A stretch of 64,000 nucleotides of DNA. It comes from a bacterium. GTDB taxonomy: Bacteria; UBA8248; JACPRG01; G963555815. The position numbers and the translations under genes are program-made. The notes under the pieces were generated by a model. That model did no database searches, had not been told where the DNA came from, and was given only the letters and a program-made list of their open reading frames with translations. The stretch is from contig CAUVWX020000001.1 in the NCBI GenBank assembly GCA_963555815.3, positions 1,248,001-1,312,000 on the forward strand. The letters are read 5' to 3'. This document shows, piece after piece, positions 19,332 to 29,792 of this stretch (position 1 is its first letter; each line of letters opens with the position of its first letter).

Positions 19332-20450
19332 TCAGTCTAAAGAGGCGATGTCGGTGTAAATTCGATCCATATCGGCGGCCATCCGCTCCATGTTGAATTC
19401 CTCAAGGAGTCTTTGGTACCCCGCCCCTCCCATCGCTTTCCCCAAGGTGGGGTTTTCCAGGATTTTGGCCATCCGTTCGGCCAGGGCCTCGGTGTCCTCT
19501 GAAGGGACCAGATAGCCGGTGATTCCGTGGCGGACGAGTTCCCCTACGCCCCCGACGTCAGTCGCCACCACGGGAAGAAGACTCGCCATGGCCTCCATGA
19601 TGGAGCGGGGTAGGCCCTCCGACAGGGAGGAAAGCACAAAGAGGTCCGACGCGGCCAGGATGAGGGGCACATCGTTTCGTTGGCCCATGAACTGAAAGAA
19701 TTCCGTGAGGCCCTCCTGTTCAATTCTGCGCTCCACATTTTCCCGCTCGGGGCCGTCGCCCACCAGCAGAGTCTCAAAGTCGAGCCCCCGCCGACGGAGG
19801 ACCCCACACGCGGAGATCAGCAGATGGTGGTTCTTGACAGGCCTCAGGTTCGCCGTGCAGACGATCACCGGGCGGGGTTCGGAAGAGATCCCGAGGGCGG
19901 CCCGCGCCTCGGCCTTAGAGGGAAGATGGCGAAAGGGTTCGGGGGAAAGGCCCGTTCGGGCCAGGCAGAGCTTCCGTCGTGGAAACCCTCTTTGGACCAG
20001 GTACTCAATCACCGCCTCGGAGTTTGAGATATAGGACCGGACTAGAGGGAAGGTCCCACGGTCCGCCCAGATCCGGAGTCGATTGATAGAACGGTCGTTT
20101 GTGATCCCCCGGATGCTCCCCACCACGGCCCTCTTTCCTGCGAGCCGGGAGGCGATTCGTCCCAGGACATTTCCCTTGATGCCGTAAAGATGAACGATAT
20201 CGTAGGGTCGGTTCCGCAGGAGATGATAGAGGAGCCAAAGGGAGGGGAAGACCCCCCGCTTGCTGAGCTCCAGATGGCTGATGGAGATCCCCGCATTCCG
20301 GCATAAATCCGTCAGTGGGCCCTCTCCCTCAAGGAGGCAGACCTCGTGGCGGTAGCGCTCAGGGTCTAGCTCCCGGATGAGCTCGAAGACTTCCCGCTCC
20401 GTGCCGGCGAGATCGGCCTGCGTGAGGAGATGGAGGATGCGCAAGGTCAT
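19332..20450 (-). CDS. glycosyltransferase family 4
   Basis: L.PVKNH..LI, VGDGP, S..EGLP.S.MEAMA, T.VGG..E. Confidence 0.92.
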   Translation of the reverse strand: MTLRILHLLTQADLAGTEREVFELIRELDPERYRHEVCLLEGEGPLTDLCRNAGISISHLELSKRGVFPSLWLLYHLLRNRPYDIVHLYGIKGNVLGRIASRLAGKRAVVGSIRGITNDRSINRLRIWADRGTFPLVRSYISNSEAVIEYLVQRGFPRRKLCLARTGLSPEPFRHLPSKAEARAALGISSEPRPVIVCTANLRPVKNHHLLISACGVLRRRGLDFETLLVGDGPERENVERRIEQEGLTEFFQFMGQRNDVPLILAASDLFVLSSLSEGLPRSIMEAMASLLPVVATDVGGVGELVRHGITGYLVPSEDTEALAERMAKILENPTLGKAMGGAGYQRLLEEFNMERMAADMDRIYTDIASLD

Positions 20451-20704
20451 CTGAAGACTGAAAACCCGTCTAAGGTTAAGAACGAAAGCAACTCCTTAAT
20501 ACCCTATACCATTAGCGGTGAACGGCTCGCAAACGCCGTGACCCCCATCACCCCCGGCTAGACCCCGGCAGTGGGGCTCTCGGGGGCGGACAGGGGCGTC
20601 CTTTCCAGTAGGGGGGATTTTTGATATTCTTTAACAAACAAAGGGATGGAGCTTCTGACGGCCCCCAAGCCGGGAAGGGGTGGGGGCGCCCTCGAGGAAA
20701 AGGG

Positions 20705-21781
20705 ATGAGCCAGCGCAAGTTTTCTCGTCTAAAGCTATTGCTGTTCTCCGGGGTCACGCTCCTCTTCTTCGTCATCGCCGTTGAAGGCTACTCCCGCGTC
20801 CGAACCTACTGGGCCACTGGGAACCGGAACTACCTCTTCTGGCGGCCCAGAGTTGTCCTGAAAGAGCGTCAAAACAATGTAGGATTCCGAGGCCCCGATA
20901 TGGAATGGGCGAAGCCGCTGGAGGTGCTTCGGGTGGCGGCCCTCGGGGGATCTACGACATTTGGCTTTGGCAACACACTGGACCGGGAGACCTATCCCCG
21001 CCAGCTGGAGGAGATTCTGAGGGAGGAACATCAGCCCCTGCAGATCGAGGTCATCAACGCGGGTCTCAAGCATGGGAGGTCCCACGCGGTCCTCAAGCGC
21101 GCACCCACGGCCCTCAATTTGGGGGCGGACATCGTCGTCATCTACAGTGGCTACAACGATTATGACAAAGGAAAGGTCCCCCAGTGGGGGAAGGTCTCTA
21201 AGATCATCGGCGAATTCGGTGACTACGAAATTCAGCCAAACTTTTTCGAAAGGCTTATGCACCGCCTTTCTCTCGAGAGTGTCTTTTTCCTCCGGTTGAG
21301 AGAAAAGATCGCGAAGTACTGGTATGGAGATATCAACGCCTATTACCGCCGAAAGCAGACCCAGAAGACCGTCACGGAGGAGATCACCCTCACCCCGCAA
21401 CTTCAAGAGGCCGTGGATCAGGCGGTGCAGGGATTCGTCTCGGTCTATCGGGAGAACCTGCGGCGGGTCATCATCTTCACCCGCCTTCACGGGGCCGAAG
21501 TGGTCTTAGCCAAGATCCCCATATACCGTCAGCACCCCGGGGCCCGGCATATGCTCGAGAGCGGCTCCCTGGACGCCATCAACTGGGCCGTTGAAGAGCT
21601 GGCAGAGGAGTATGGCCTTTCCGTGGCCGACGTGGAGGGGGCCTTCGACGCCCATCCCAGGCCCGAGGACCTCTTCAACCTGGATTGGCTCCACCTGAGC
21701 CCCGAAGGCAACGGGTTAATCGCGAAGACAGTGGCCGAGACCATCCGAAAGGCGGGTCTCATCCCTAACGACTCATCCTGA
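20705..21781 (+). CDS. membrane-anchored SGNH/GDSL hydrolase
   Basis: N-terminal TM; LGGSTTFG, NAG, G.ND, D.LH; start 20705 inferred. Confidence 0.85.
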   Translation: MSQRKFSRLKLLLFSGVTLLFFVIAVEGYSRVRTYWATGNRNYLFWRPRVVLKERQNNVGFRGPDMEWAKPLEVLRVAALGGSTTFGFGNTLDRETYPRQLEEILREEHQPLQIEVINAGLKHGRSHAVLKRAPTALNLGADIVVIYSGYNDYDKGKVPQWGKVSKIIGEFGDYEIQPNFFERLMHRLSLESVFFLRLREKIAKYWYGDINAYYRRKQTQKTVTEEITLTPQLQEAVDQAVQGFVSVYRENLRRVIIFTRLHGAEVVLAKIPIYRQHPGARHMLESGSLDAINWAVEELAEEYGLSVADVEGAFDAHPRPEDLFNLDWLHLSPEGNGLIAKTVAETIRKAGLIPNDSS

Positions 21782-21782
21782 G

Positions 21783-22907
21783 ATGAAGCTCTGTTCCCCT
21801 CAGGTGGGCCTCAACCCCGGGACTCACCTCGGAGGTGCCGTGCACGACTGGGAGGTGCTGAGGGAAGTCGCGCGCCGCGGCGTTCAGATCCACATCCCCC
21901 TTCCGAGGGGGGCCTCGTGCGACCTCCAGCCCGGCTGGGAGATCCACAGGACGCCCGCTCACCGCCTTTCGTGCTACGAGTACAATTTCATCTTCGCGAG
22001 GTTTCTCCTGAAACACGGTCGTGCCTGGAACCTGGATCTCCTGCGGGTCCACAGCCCTTATGCGGTGGGGCCCGGCGTACTCTATGCGGCCCGCCACCTT
22101 GGGCTCCCCGTGGTGGCCCACTACCACCATCTGGAAGACAAATCTCTAGACTATGTCGTCAACCGTTGGACGGTCGGTCGCTACCAGGCCCTCATCACCG
22201 TCAGCCAGTTTTCAAAGGACCAGATCGCCCGCCGCTACGGCGTGGAGAGAGATCGGATCCATGTCGTTCCGAACGGCGTCGATGCCGAACGTTTTCGGCC
22301 GCTTGGGGACGGTCTGTCCATCGAGTCCACTCCCCTGGAGCCAGGCGCGCGCGTCCTGGCCTTTATAGGGAGTCTCATCCGCCGGAAGAATGTGGAGATC
22401 CTGCCGGACATTCTTGCTCGACTCCTCCCGCGTCACCCGGACCTTCATCTTCTCGTTGCCGGGGAGGGTCCAGAGCGCGAGACCCTTGTGGATGGGGCGG
22501 GGCGCTGCGACGTGGCCGACCGGGTCCACCTCCTGGGCCCCATCTCTGAGGAGGAGAAAGTTCGTCTCCTGAACCGAGCCGAGGTCTTTCTCTTTCCGTC
22601 CCGCCTGGAGGGGTTCGGGCTGGCCGTCGCCGAGGCCATGGCCTGCGGGACCCCGGTTGTGGCCGCTCGGGCGGGGGCCCTCCCCGAAGTGGTCGAGGAC
22701 GGGCTCACCGGCTGGCTCTGCGACCCGGAGGATCCTGAGGCCTTTGTGGTGGCTGTGGATCGGCTGTTGCAGGACCCGGCCCTTGGCCGAAGCACGGGGG
22801 AGGCGGGTCGACGCCGCGTCCTAGAGCGTTTTCGCTGGGAATCGGCCGGGGCCCGCATCCTGGAGATCTATGAGCGAACAGCCGTCGAATGGACCTGCAA
22901 CCGATAG
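21783..22907 (+). CDS. glycosyltransferase family 4
   Basis: VPNGVD, RKN, EGFGL...EAMACG.PVV. Confidence 0.92.
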   Translation: MKLCSPQVGLNPGTHLGGAVHDWEVLREVARRGVQIHIPLPRGASCDLQPGWEIHRTPAHRLSCYEYNFIFARFLLKHGRAWNLDLLRVHSPYAVGPGVLYAARHLGLPVVAHYHHLEDKSLDYVVNRWTVGRYQALITVSQFSKDQIARRYGVERDRIHVVPNGVDAERFRPLGDGLSIESTPLEPGARVLAFIGSLIRRKNVEILPDILARLLPRHPDLHLLVAGEGPERETLVDGAGRCDVADRVHLLGPISEEEKVRLLNRAEVFLFPSRLEGFGLAVAEAMACGTPVVAARAGALPEVVEDGLTGWLCDPEDPEAFVVAVDRLLQDPALGRSTGEAGRRRVLERFRWESAGARILEIYERTAVEWTCNR

Positions 22908-22944
22908 CTTGCGGGTTTCGGTGATCATCGGAACAAAAGACCGC
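22859..22944 (+). repeat. imperfect ~86-bp direct repeat, copy 1 (GT4 end / GT2 start)
   Basis: Matches 24172-24258; the last 33 nt are identical. Confidence 0.9.
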
Positions 22945-23165
22945 TCGGGGGTCACGGGTTTGTCGGAAGTCATCTGGCCGAGTGTCTGGTGGACTGTGAA
23001 GACATGGAGCTTTTCGGAACGCGACGGTGGCGAAACCGGACTGAGAACGTCCAACATCTTGTGGACAAAATGACCCTCTTGGAGTGCAATATCCGTGATC
23101 GGACCTCGATGGTTCGCGTCGTTCGCAGGGTTCGGCCTGGCAAAAATCTTCCACCTTGCGGCTGG
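22945..23165 (+). pseudogene. N-terminal remnant of a GDP-sugar dehydratase/reductase (gmd/rmd-like extended SDR)
   Basis: With two frameshifts it reads GVTGFVGSHLAE.L...L.ECNIRD..S...VV..VRP..IFHLAA, then is truncated. Confidence 0.7.
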
Positions 23166-23175
23166 CTAGATCCTA

Positions 23176-24162
23176 ATGTGGTTGCTGGTGAAGCGCGCTT
23201 GGTTGTGGTTCTATTTGGAGACCCAGTGGCTCCGAGTTCGATTCTTCCGGGCGCTGCGGCCGGGTTTCTCGCCCAAGGTGGTGGTGGAACGCATCGGTTC
23301 GATGGGAGACGTCCTGCTGACCACGCCAGGCTTGAAAGCGTTAAGGGAGAAATTTCCCGCATCAGAGATCGTGTATGTGACAGACGACAAGTTCCGAGGA
23401 GTTCTTGAGGGCAACCCAGCGGTGAGCCGAATCTCAAACCGCAGGCCGGCTGACTTCGACCTCCTTCTTCGTCCCTGTTATGAATATCATCGTCGAGTGA
23501 GAGGGCACGTCGTCGATCTCTTCTGCCGGCAGATGAAGGTGGACCCCGGAGACTGGCGCCTTTGCATCTACGTGGGTGACGAAGATCGCCGCTTTGCCGA
23601 GGATGTCATAAAACGCTTGGGTGCGTCTCCCGCCGTCTGCCTTCAAGTTGATGCTAGATGGTACAAGGACAAGGAATGGGAGCCGGAGCGCTGGAAAGAG
23701 GTGGTCGAATACCTCGGGGATCTGGGATGCACCGTGATTCAGTTAGGGAACCTGAGGGCCCCAGTCGTGGGTCAGGTGAACCTACTGGGAACCACAACGG
23801 TCAAACAGTTCGCAGCACTGCTTGAAAGGAGCCTCTTCTTCCTGGGGGTCGAGAGCTTAGGGGCCCATCTGGCCGCCGCCGTTGGGGCCCCGAGCGTTGT
23901 CCTGTTTGGCCCGACCGACCCAACGGTCTTCGGCCACTCCGGGGAATTGAACTTGGCGGTTCACAAAGGGCTGGACGACCACTCTTGGTTTAAGCGGGGT
24001 CACTGGAGGTCTCCCCGAAGGGGAGGCTGGATGGAAGCAATCGAAGTCGAAGACGTCAAACGCGCCATTGGTAAGCTTATGGGAACGGCGAGCCTGACCA
24101 AGCGGGCTGACCGCTTTGGGATGCCGCTCGTGCCCAGGGAGATTCGGCGGGGAACTGATTGA
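23176..24162 (+). CDS. glycosyltransferase family 9 (heptosyltransferase-like)
   Basis: SMGDVLLTTP.L.AL...FP, K.W...W, ES...HLAAA.G.P.VVLFGPT. Confidence 0.88.
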   Translation: MWLLVKRAWLWFYLETQWLRVRFFRALRPGFSPKVVVERIGSMGDVLLTTPGLKALREKFPASEIVYVTDDKFRGVLEGNPAVSRISNRRPADFDLLLRPCYEYHRRVRGHVVDLFCRQMKVDPGDWRLCIYVGDEDRRFAEDVIKRLGASPAVCLQVDARWYKDKEWEPERWKEVVEYLGDLGCTVIQLGNLRAPVVGQVNLLGTTTVKQFAALLERSLFFLGVESLGAHLAAAVGAPSVVLFGPTDPTVFGHSGELNLAVHKGLDDHSWFKRGHWRSPRRGGWMEAIEVEDVKRAIGKLMGTASLTKRADRFGMPLVPREIRRGTD

Positions 24163-24171
24163 CAATCGCCC

Positions 24172-24258
24172 CTTGGAAGATCGATGAGTGTGCGGCCGTC
24201 GAAGGGACCTGCAACCGATAACTTTCGGGTTTCGGTGATCATCGGAACAAAAGACCGC
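24172..24258 (+). repeat. imperfect direct repeat, copy 2
   Basis: Matches 22859-22944. Confidence 0.9.
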
Positions 24259-25122
24259 CCGGAGAGCCTGAGGCGATGCCTGGAGTCGGTGGCCGCTCAG
24301 AGGCGCCGGCCCGAGGAGGTACTCCTTCTGGACGACGGGACGGCCGGAGCCGCCTCCCTGGGAGAGATCCTGGAGGGGGCGGGCGTCCGCTGGCGGTACA
24401 TTCAAAAGAAAGAGCCGGGGCTGTCGCGCTCACGGAATCTGGGGGCAGGGGAGGCCGCCGGAGAGATCCTCCTTTTTCTCGACGACGACGTGGTGTTGGA
24501 TCCGGGATATCTGGAGGAGATCCTCCGTGTCTACCGCGCGCATCCCGCCGTGGCGGGTGTGGGGGGACGGTTGGAGGGGATTTTTTACAGCCCCTTGGTG
24601 ATGGGCTTCCTCAGGTTTTTCGCCTTGGATTCCAAACGGCGAGAAGGGGAGATCCTGACAAGCGGCATAGGGGTCCTCATCCGCACCATCACGGCCGACA
24701 GGCCCGTAGAGTGGCTCTCTGGATGCAACATGAGTTTTCGCCGCCAGGTCTTCGACGAGTTCCACTTCGATGAGGGGTTCGGACCCAATGGCTGGGGCGA
24801 TGACATGGATCTATCCTACCGAGTCTCGCGGAAATACCCCCTGATGGCAGCCCACAGGGCCCGCCTCGTCCACCGCGTGGACCCGGCAGGCCGGGCCGAC
24901 CCCCGAAGCCTTGGGCGTATGGAAAGTTTTTATCCCTCCCGGTTCTTCCGAAAGAACATGCCCAAGCGGCTCGTCCACCGGGTGGCATTCAGCTGGTCCA
25001 CGCTGGGCATCCTCCTGAAAAACGTCCTCCGCTTGGACCCCATGCGGATCGTGGGGAACCTGGAGGGGATTTGGGCCATCCTGAAAAAAGACCCAGAGGG
25101 AAAAAGACCGACCTCAAGTTAG
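24184..25122 (+). CDS. glycosyltransferase family 2
   Basis: SVIIGT.DR, DDG, SRN.G, FLDDD, GCNMSFR, DD.D. Confidence 0.92.
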   Translation: MSVRPSKGPATDNFRVSVIIGTKDRPESLRRCLESVAAQRRRPEEVLLLDDGTAGAASLGEILEGAGVRWRYIQKKEPGLSRSRNLGAGEAAGEILLFLDDDVVLDPGYLEEILRVYRAHPAVAGVGGRLEGIFYSPLVMGFLRFFALDSKRREGEILTSGIGVLIRTITADRPVEWLSGCNMSFRRQVFDEFHFDEGFGPNGWGDDMDLSYRVSRKYPLMAAHRARLVHRVDPAGRADPRSLGRMESFYPSRFFRKNMPKRLVHRVAFSWSTLGILLKNVLRLDPMRIVGNLEGIWAILKKDPEGKRPTSS

Positions 25123-25171
25123 GGGATAATCGAAGGACGCACTTCAACCCAAGAACCTTGAGCGGACGCGG

Positions 25172-25762
25172 ATGCCACTTACACCCTCCTCCCAGATTCC
25201 CCGGCGAAAACTCTTCTGGAAGTTCCTTTTGGACAAGGGTATCGCCGCAGTGGCTTTCGTCCCAGGCATTCCCTTGGTGGGCCTTGCGGCCCTTTGCATC
25301 AAGGTGGAGGGGGCCTTGGACGCGGGTGCCAGGGGGCCAATATTCGTTCGAGAGAAACGAGTGTCCGAAGGGACGGTCTTCGACATCCTCAAGCTTCGCA
25401 CGGAGTGTAAAGATGGAGGGCTCACCGGGGTCGGGCGCCGGTTGCGAAAGTGGTATCTGGATGAACTCCCCCAACTCTTGAACGTTCTGAGAGGCGAGAT
25501 GGCTCTGGTCGGCCCACGCCCCTATCCGGTGGCGGACTATGAGCGGTTTGTCCAAAGGGGGCACCGGGCCAAACGTCTTCTCCGGGCTGGCATCACAGGA
25601 GAGATTCAGGTCGCCAAGGCAGGACCCCGTCTAGGGGATCCGGAACTGGAAGAGGAGTATCTCCTTCGCTGCCAGATCCTCCCCGGGCACCGGATCGTCC
25701 TCTATGACCTCAGCCTCATCCTCCGCACGATTCCTGTTATCCTCAAGGGCGGAGGGCTCTGA
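25172..25762 (+). CDS. priming sugar (phosphoglycosyl) transferase, Bac_transf family
   Basis: K.RT, LDELPQLLNVLRGEM.LVGPRP, GITG..Q, DL..I.RT. Confidence 0.9.
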   Translation: MPLTPSSQIPRRKLFWKFLLDKGIAAVAFVPGIPLVGLAALCIKVEGALDAGARGPIFVREKRVSEGTVFDILKLRTECKDGGLTGVGRRLRKWYLDELPQLLNVLRGEMALVGPRPYPVADYERFVQRGHRAKRLLRAGITGEIQVAKAGPRLGDPELEEEYLLRCQILPGHRIVLYDLSLILRTIPVILKGGGL

Positions 25763-25938
25763 CTCCTCCGGGAAGAGGGGCGCTAAGTTTCTCCATCACG
25801 GGATGTGGCTGGGGTGCAAAGCCAGCACCCTCTTGTGATAGATTAAATTTTCTTGGATCCCGTAATGGTTTTTGGATTAACCGGTTGCGTAGATCGCGTC
25901 TTCGAAATTCCTCCGGATAGAGGGGACATCTTGCGTCC

Positions 25939-26949
25939 ATGAAGTCTTTGCAGGAAAAAAGGTCCACATTTCCCGAATCCGACAGGCACTTATCTCCTTC
26001 GGGGCCTTTAAAGGGGGGGTTGCCTATTGCCCTCCTTTCCTTGAAACGTCAGGCCGTCGAGACCGTTCGGGAGCTCCTGCCCCTTTCTCTTCGTCATCGG
26101 GTATACGCTCGCATAGGGCAAGACGTGGCCCGCCCTTACCGGACCGCCTTCGAGGAAAACGGGCACGATCTCTTCAAGATTATCCACATTGAGACCATGA
26201 GCTTTTGCAATGGGGGGTGCACCTTCTGCGCGGCGGCGGCGCAGTTCAAGATGATGGACGGATCCAAGATGCCGGTGGAGGTCTATGAGAAGATCCTCTC
26301 GGACCTATCCCAACTCGATTACCGGGGCCGGATCTCCCTTTACTGTAATAACGAACCCTTCCTCGACAAACGGCTGGTGGAGTTTGTGGGAATGGCCCGC
26401 AGGGCCTGTCCGCCGGCCTATATCGAGATTAAGACCAACGGGAAACTTCTCACCGTCCCCCTGGCGGAGGCGCTCTTTCAGAACGGACTCGACACCCTTG
26501 TGGTGAACGACTACAGCCGAAAGTGGAAGCACACCCAGCCCGTCCAGCGCTTTTGCGAGAAATTTGATTCCTCAAAGGGTCGGGTCGTGATCGAATGGCG
26601 CAGCGAGGTAGAGCGATTGACCAACCGAGCGGGGACCAACCCCTCGTCAAGCCCTCTGGGGAAGCCCATCCAGGGCTTCTGCATTCGCCCCTTCAAGATG
26701 CTCACCGTGAACCCTCGGGGCGATACGGCGCTTTGTAGTAACGATGTTTTCTTCCAGCACGTCACAGGGAATGTGATGAAACAATCCCTCCGGGAGATCT
26801 GGCATGGGGAGGAGTACCGGAGGGTCCGCCGGGCGTTGCTCGAAAATGACAGGACCTGCTCCTCCGTTTGCCGCGTCTGCGACTACTGGGGTTACCGGAA
26901 GGCACATGTGAAGGGGGCGTTTCAAAAATGGTTGCTCTGGATGATGTGA
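25939..26949 (+). CDS. radical SAM / SPASM-twitch protein
   Basis: CNGGCTFC, NEPFL, TNG; C..PF...G...LC..D..GN...W, C..C. Confidence 0.9.
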   Translation: MKSLQEKRSTFPESDRHLSPSGPLKGGLPIALLSLKRQAVETVRELLPLSLRHRVYARIGQDVARPYRTAFEENGHDLFKIIHIETMSFCNGGCTFCAAAAQFKMMDGSKMPVEVYEKILSDLSQLDYRGRISLYCNNEPFLDKRLVEFVGMARRACPPAYIEIKTNGKLLTVPLAEALFQNGLDTLVVNDYSRKWKHTQPVQRFCEKFDSSKGRVVIEWRSEVERLTNRAGTNPSSSPLGKPIQGFCIRPFKMLTVNPRGDTALCSNDVFFQHVTGNVMKQSLREIWHGEEYRRVRRALLENDRTCSSVCRVCDYWGYRKAHVKGAFQKWLLWMM

Positions 26950-27064
26950 ATTTCCCCCTGAATGACTCTTCGGGATTGACTCTGGTTTTCTGACACCTCT
27001 CTGGATTCCATGAGAATGAGACCTGTTTTCAAACACACCGCATATATTTTATCCCCTGTTCATC

Positions 27065-28561
27065 TTGGCATTTGCTTATATCTACTATCCCTCGTACAGC
27101 TATGAAGACCGTATATTTGAACGTGATCAGCTTTCCCAGACTCCCATGATCCAGATGGAGCAAGACCCGACACTGTTCCCCACGGACGAAATATTTCATC
27201 AGTGGAGAACAATGTTCAGGACTATTTTCTATCCTTTCGTGGCATGGATGGCCACCCATTTGGGAAGCATTAAAGCCGCGTATTTCATCTTATCGATCGT
27301 GATGGGTTTGATCTTTCTTTTTGGAGTTTATCTTCTCGTTTATGAAATTACCAAGAACCGGTTTGTGTCCGCCCTTGTTTCGTTTTTCAGCATCTTTCCG
27401 CGGGCCAGTTTTGGTGGGATCGTGTGGGCGTTCCCCGACAGCGCGAATTTTTTCACCAGGCACATCGTGGTGAACTTCGTCCCTCTTCTCTTTTTTTGGT
27501 TTCTACGAATACGCGGGCGACGAACACTGGCGCTCCTTTTTCTGGTACTGGGGCTCTTCGGAAACATCCATCCGCTGACTGCGGCCCACTTGGCGGCGTT
27601 ATTCTCGGTGACATTTCTGTTCCTGGGCAGGAAGAACCTCCCGGGCGCGGTCAAGACTTTGGTGTATTCCTTGGTTGCGTTTGTGGTTGGGTTGTCGCCG
27701 TATCTCGTCAGCGGGCCAGCGGTTCTGCAGCCGATCTTCAGCCGCGCCGCGCCGCCGATAGAGATCTTCCAATTCAGGGCTGGATCGCTGTTGATCCCGG
27801 GGTTTCGGACCATCCGCTGGGTGGGCTTTTATCTGACCATTCCAGTTTTGCTTGCGATCCCTGGTTTTCTCAAGGCGCGAACTGATCCGTCGTTTCGACA
27901 TCGTGAAACCCTGGTGATTCTTTTGGGGTCTATATTGGTTCTTTCGATCGTTGGAAACCTGGCTGTCCAGACGAGCAACAACCTGCTTCGACTTCAACCG
28001 ATTCGGATATTCGTTTACATTTATCTGGTGTTGTTTTGTTACGCGGCTGTGACGTTGAAAGAGTTGCTAGACAAGAAGAGGTGGAAGACATTTGCTGTTT
28101 GTGGACTGCTGCTCTTAGTCCCCTTCAACTCGTTGGAGGGCATGATTAAGGAGTGGCGGGGGAAGCCAGGGAAGATTTATTCGTATCAGCGGGACGGGAA
28201 ATTTTTGGATCTTGCCGCCTGGGCAGAGGCTAACACGGATAGGGATGACCTGTTCCTCACGCCTCTCGATATGTCGGCGTTTCGAATATACGCAAAACGT
28301 GGAATCGTCGTATCGATGAAGGGCGGTGGCGTGTCTATAATGTCAAAAGACTTTGCGATGGAATGGTGGAAAAGATATCAGGATCTGAATGAAGTATACA
28401 CAGGAGGAGACACAGACCTATTTTTGAAGGTTGCTGTCCGATACGGCGCAAAATACATCGTGACACCTCGGGGGAAAAGTCTTGCGGTGCCGTTGGAATT
28501 TGGGAATGATGGCTTTAACGTCTATCGGGTGCCCTCGGCTCCTCCGGAGGAGGGAAGATAA
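27065..28561 (+). CDS. polytopic membrane protein, possible GT-C glycosyltransferase/glycan modifier (AT-richer)
   Basis: Many TM segments, IHP motif, C-terminal W...NT...FR..AKR..VVS.K...W..RY. True start may be ATG 27010/27016 if one C near 27053-27056 is extra. Confidence 0.65.
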   Translation: MAFAYIYYPSYSYEDRIFERDQLSQTPMIQMEQDPTLFPTDEIFHQWRTMFRTIFYPFVAWMATHLGSIKAAYFILSIVMGLIFLFGVYLLVYEITKNRFVSALVSFFSIFPRASFGGIVWAFPDSANFFTRHIVVNFVPLLFFWFLRIRGRRTLALLFLVLGLFGNIHPLTAAHLAALFSVTFLFLGRKNLPGAVKTLVYSLVAFVVGLSPYLVSGPAVLQPIFSRAAPPIEIFQFRAGSLLIPGFRTIRWVGFYLTIPVLLAIPGFLKARTDPSFRHRETLVILLGSILVLSIVGNLAVQTSNNLLRLQPIRIFVYIYLVLFCYAAVTLKELLDKKRWKTFAVCGLLLLVPFNSLEGMIKEWRGKPGKIYSYQRDGKFLDLAAWAEANTDRDDLFLTPLDMSAFRIYAKRGIVVSMKGGGVSIMSKDFAMEWWKRYQDLNEVYTGGDTDLFLKVAVRYGAKYIVTPRGKSLAVPLEFGNDGFNVYRVPSAPPEEGR

Positions 28562-28676
28562 AAGGGTACCGAGTGAAGGAACTCCGGATGGCATGGAACC
28601 CAGAGACGGCTGAGATCTGAATTCTCTCCACTAGGGGGATCCCTTTCCAAGAGGCGGGGGACACCGAGGCCCGGGG

Positions 28677-29792
28677 GTGCCTCCCAGCGGCGCCATCACG
28701 GGGAGGTTTGTCATTTCGTCTGAGACTGCCCCAGATCGATCTCTTCGGTTTGCCGTCACCGGGACGGGGTCTATCGCAGAGGTCCACCTAAGGGCCTTGC
28801 AGGGGCATCCATGGGCTAAACCCGTCGCCCTCTATGGCCGTGATGAGGAGAGGACTGGCCGGATGGCCCAACGCTACGGCGCCCGGCCCTACACTGATTT
28901 CGCGAGCCTCCTGGACCGAGAGCGTCCTGACGCCCTGATCATCGCCAGTGCTCACCATTTGCATGAGCCCCTGGTCGAGGCGGCCCTCGAGCACAGGGTG
29001 CACACCCTGGTCGAAAAGCCCTTAGCCCTCACCCCGGAGGGCGCCGCGCGTCTCGTCGACCTCGCCGAGGAGAGGGGATGCCGGCTGGCCGTCGTCTATC
29101 AGAAGCGCTACAACGCCTCTGTCCGACGGGCCGAGGAGATCCTCCGGAGCGAGACTTACGGCCGCCCCCTCCACTGTGTCGTCATCACCCACAAACCCCG
29201 GCGGCCCGAATACTACTCCCAGCGCGGGCGATCCGAGCGGAAGGTGACGGGCGGGGGTGTCCTCATCAACCAGGCCATCCATGAACTGGACCTCCTCTGC
29301 CTTTTCTTCGGAGAGGTGGAGTCGGCCTCCGGCCTCCTGGAGACCCGCTACCACCAGGTGGACTTCGAAGATTTCGCCTCCCTCCTCATTCGGTTTCAAT
29401 CCGGCGTCGTGGCCGTGTTCCAGGCAAGCACGTTCCCCTTTCCTCACGTGCCCAACGAATTCGCCATCCACTGCGAGGGAGCAGTCCTCTACCTGGAGGA
29501 CGACCGGCTTCAGGTCCAGAGTGGGACACAATCTCCCCGGCGGTGGCGTCCTCCCTTCTATCGCCAGTGGAAGAACCGCCTGGGTCAGGTGGGGACACAG
29601 CATCATGTCATGGACGATTTTGTCTCCTCCATTCGGACTGGACGCCTCTGCCGGACCGATTCCCGAGAGACACAGGGCGCCCTTGGCATCGTGGGGGAGG
29701 CCTATCGAAGGGCGGGGGTCGTTGTGGAAAACAGGACGGCGGCAAAGGCCCTCCAAACCAGTCCTCCGGCCGAAGCGAGCTCGTCACCATGA
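28677..29792 (+). CDS. Gfo/Idh/MocA oxidoreductase
   Basis: GTGSIA..H, VEKPLA, GGG.LI.QAIH.LD. Confidence 0.9.
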   Translation: MPPSGAITGRFVISSETAPDRSLRFAVTGTGSIAEVHLRALQGHPWAKPVALYGRDEERTGRMAQRYGARPYTDFASLLDRERPDALIIASAHHLHEPLVEAALEHRVHTLVEKPLALTPEGAARLVDLAEERGCRLAVVYQKRYNASVRRAEEILRSETYGRPLHCVVITHKPRRPEYYSQRGRSERKVTGGGVLINQAIHELDLLCLFFGEVESASGLLETRYHQVDFEDFASLLIRFQSGVVAVFQASTFPFPHVPNEFAIHCEGAVLYLEDDRLQVQSGTQSPRRWRPPFYRQWKNRLGQVGTQHHVMDDFVSSIRTGRLCRTDSRETQGALGIVGEAYRRAGVVVENRTAAKALQTSPPAEASSSP

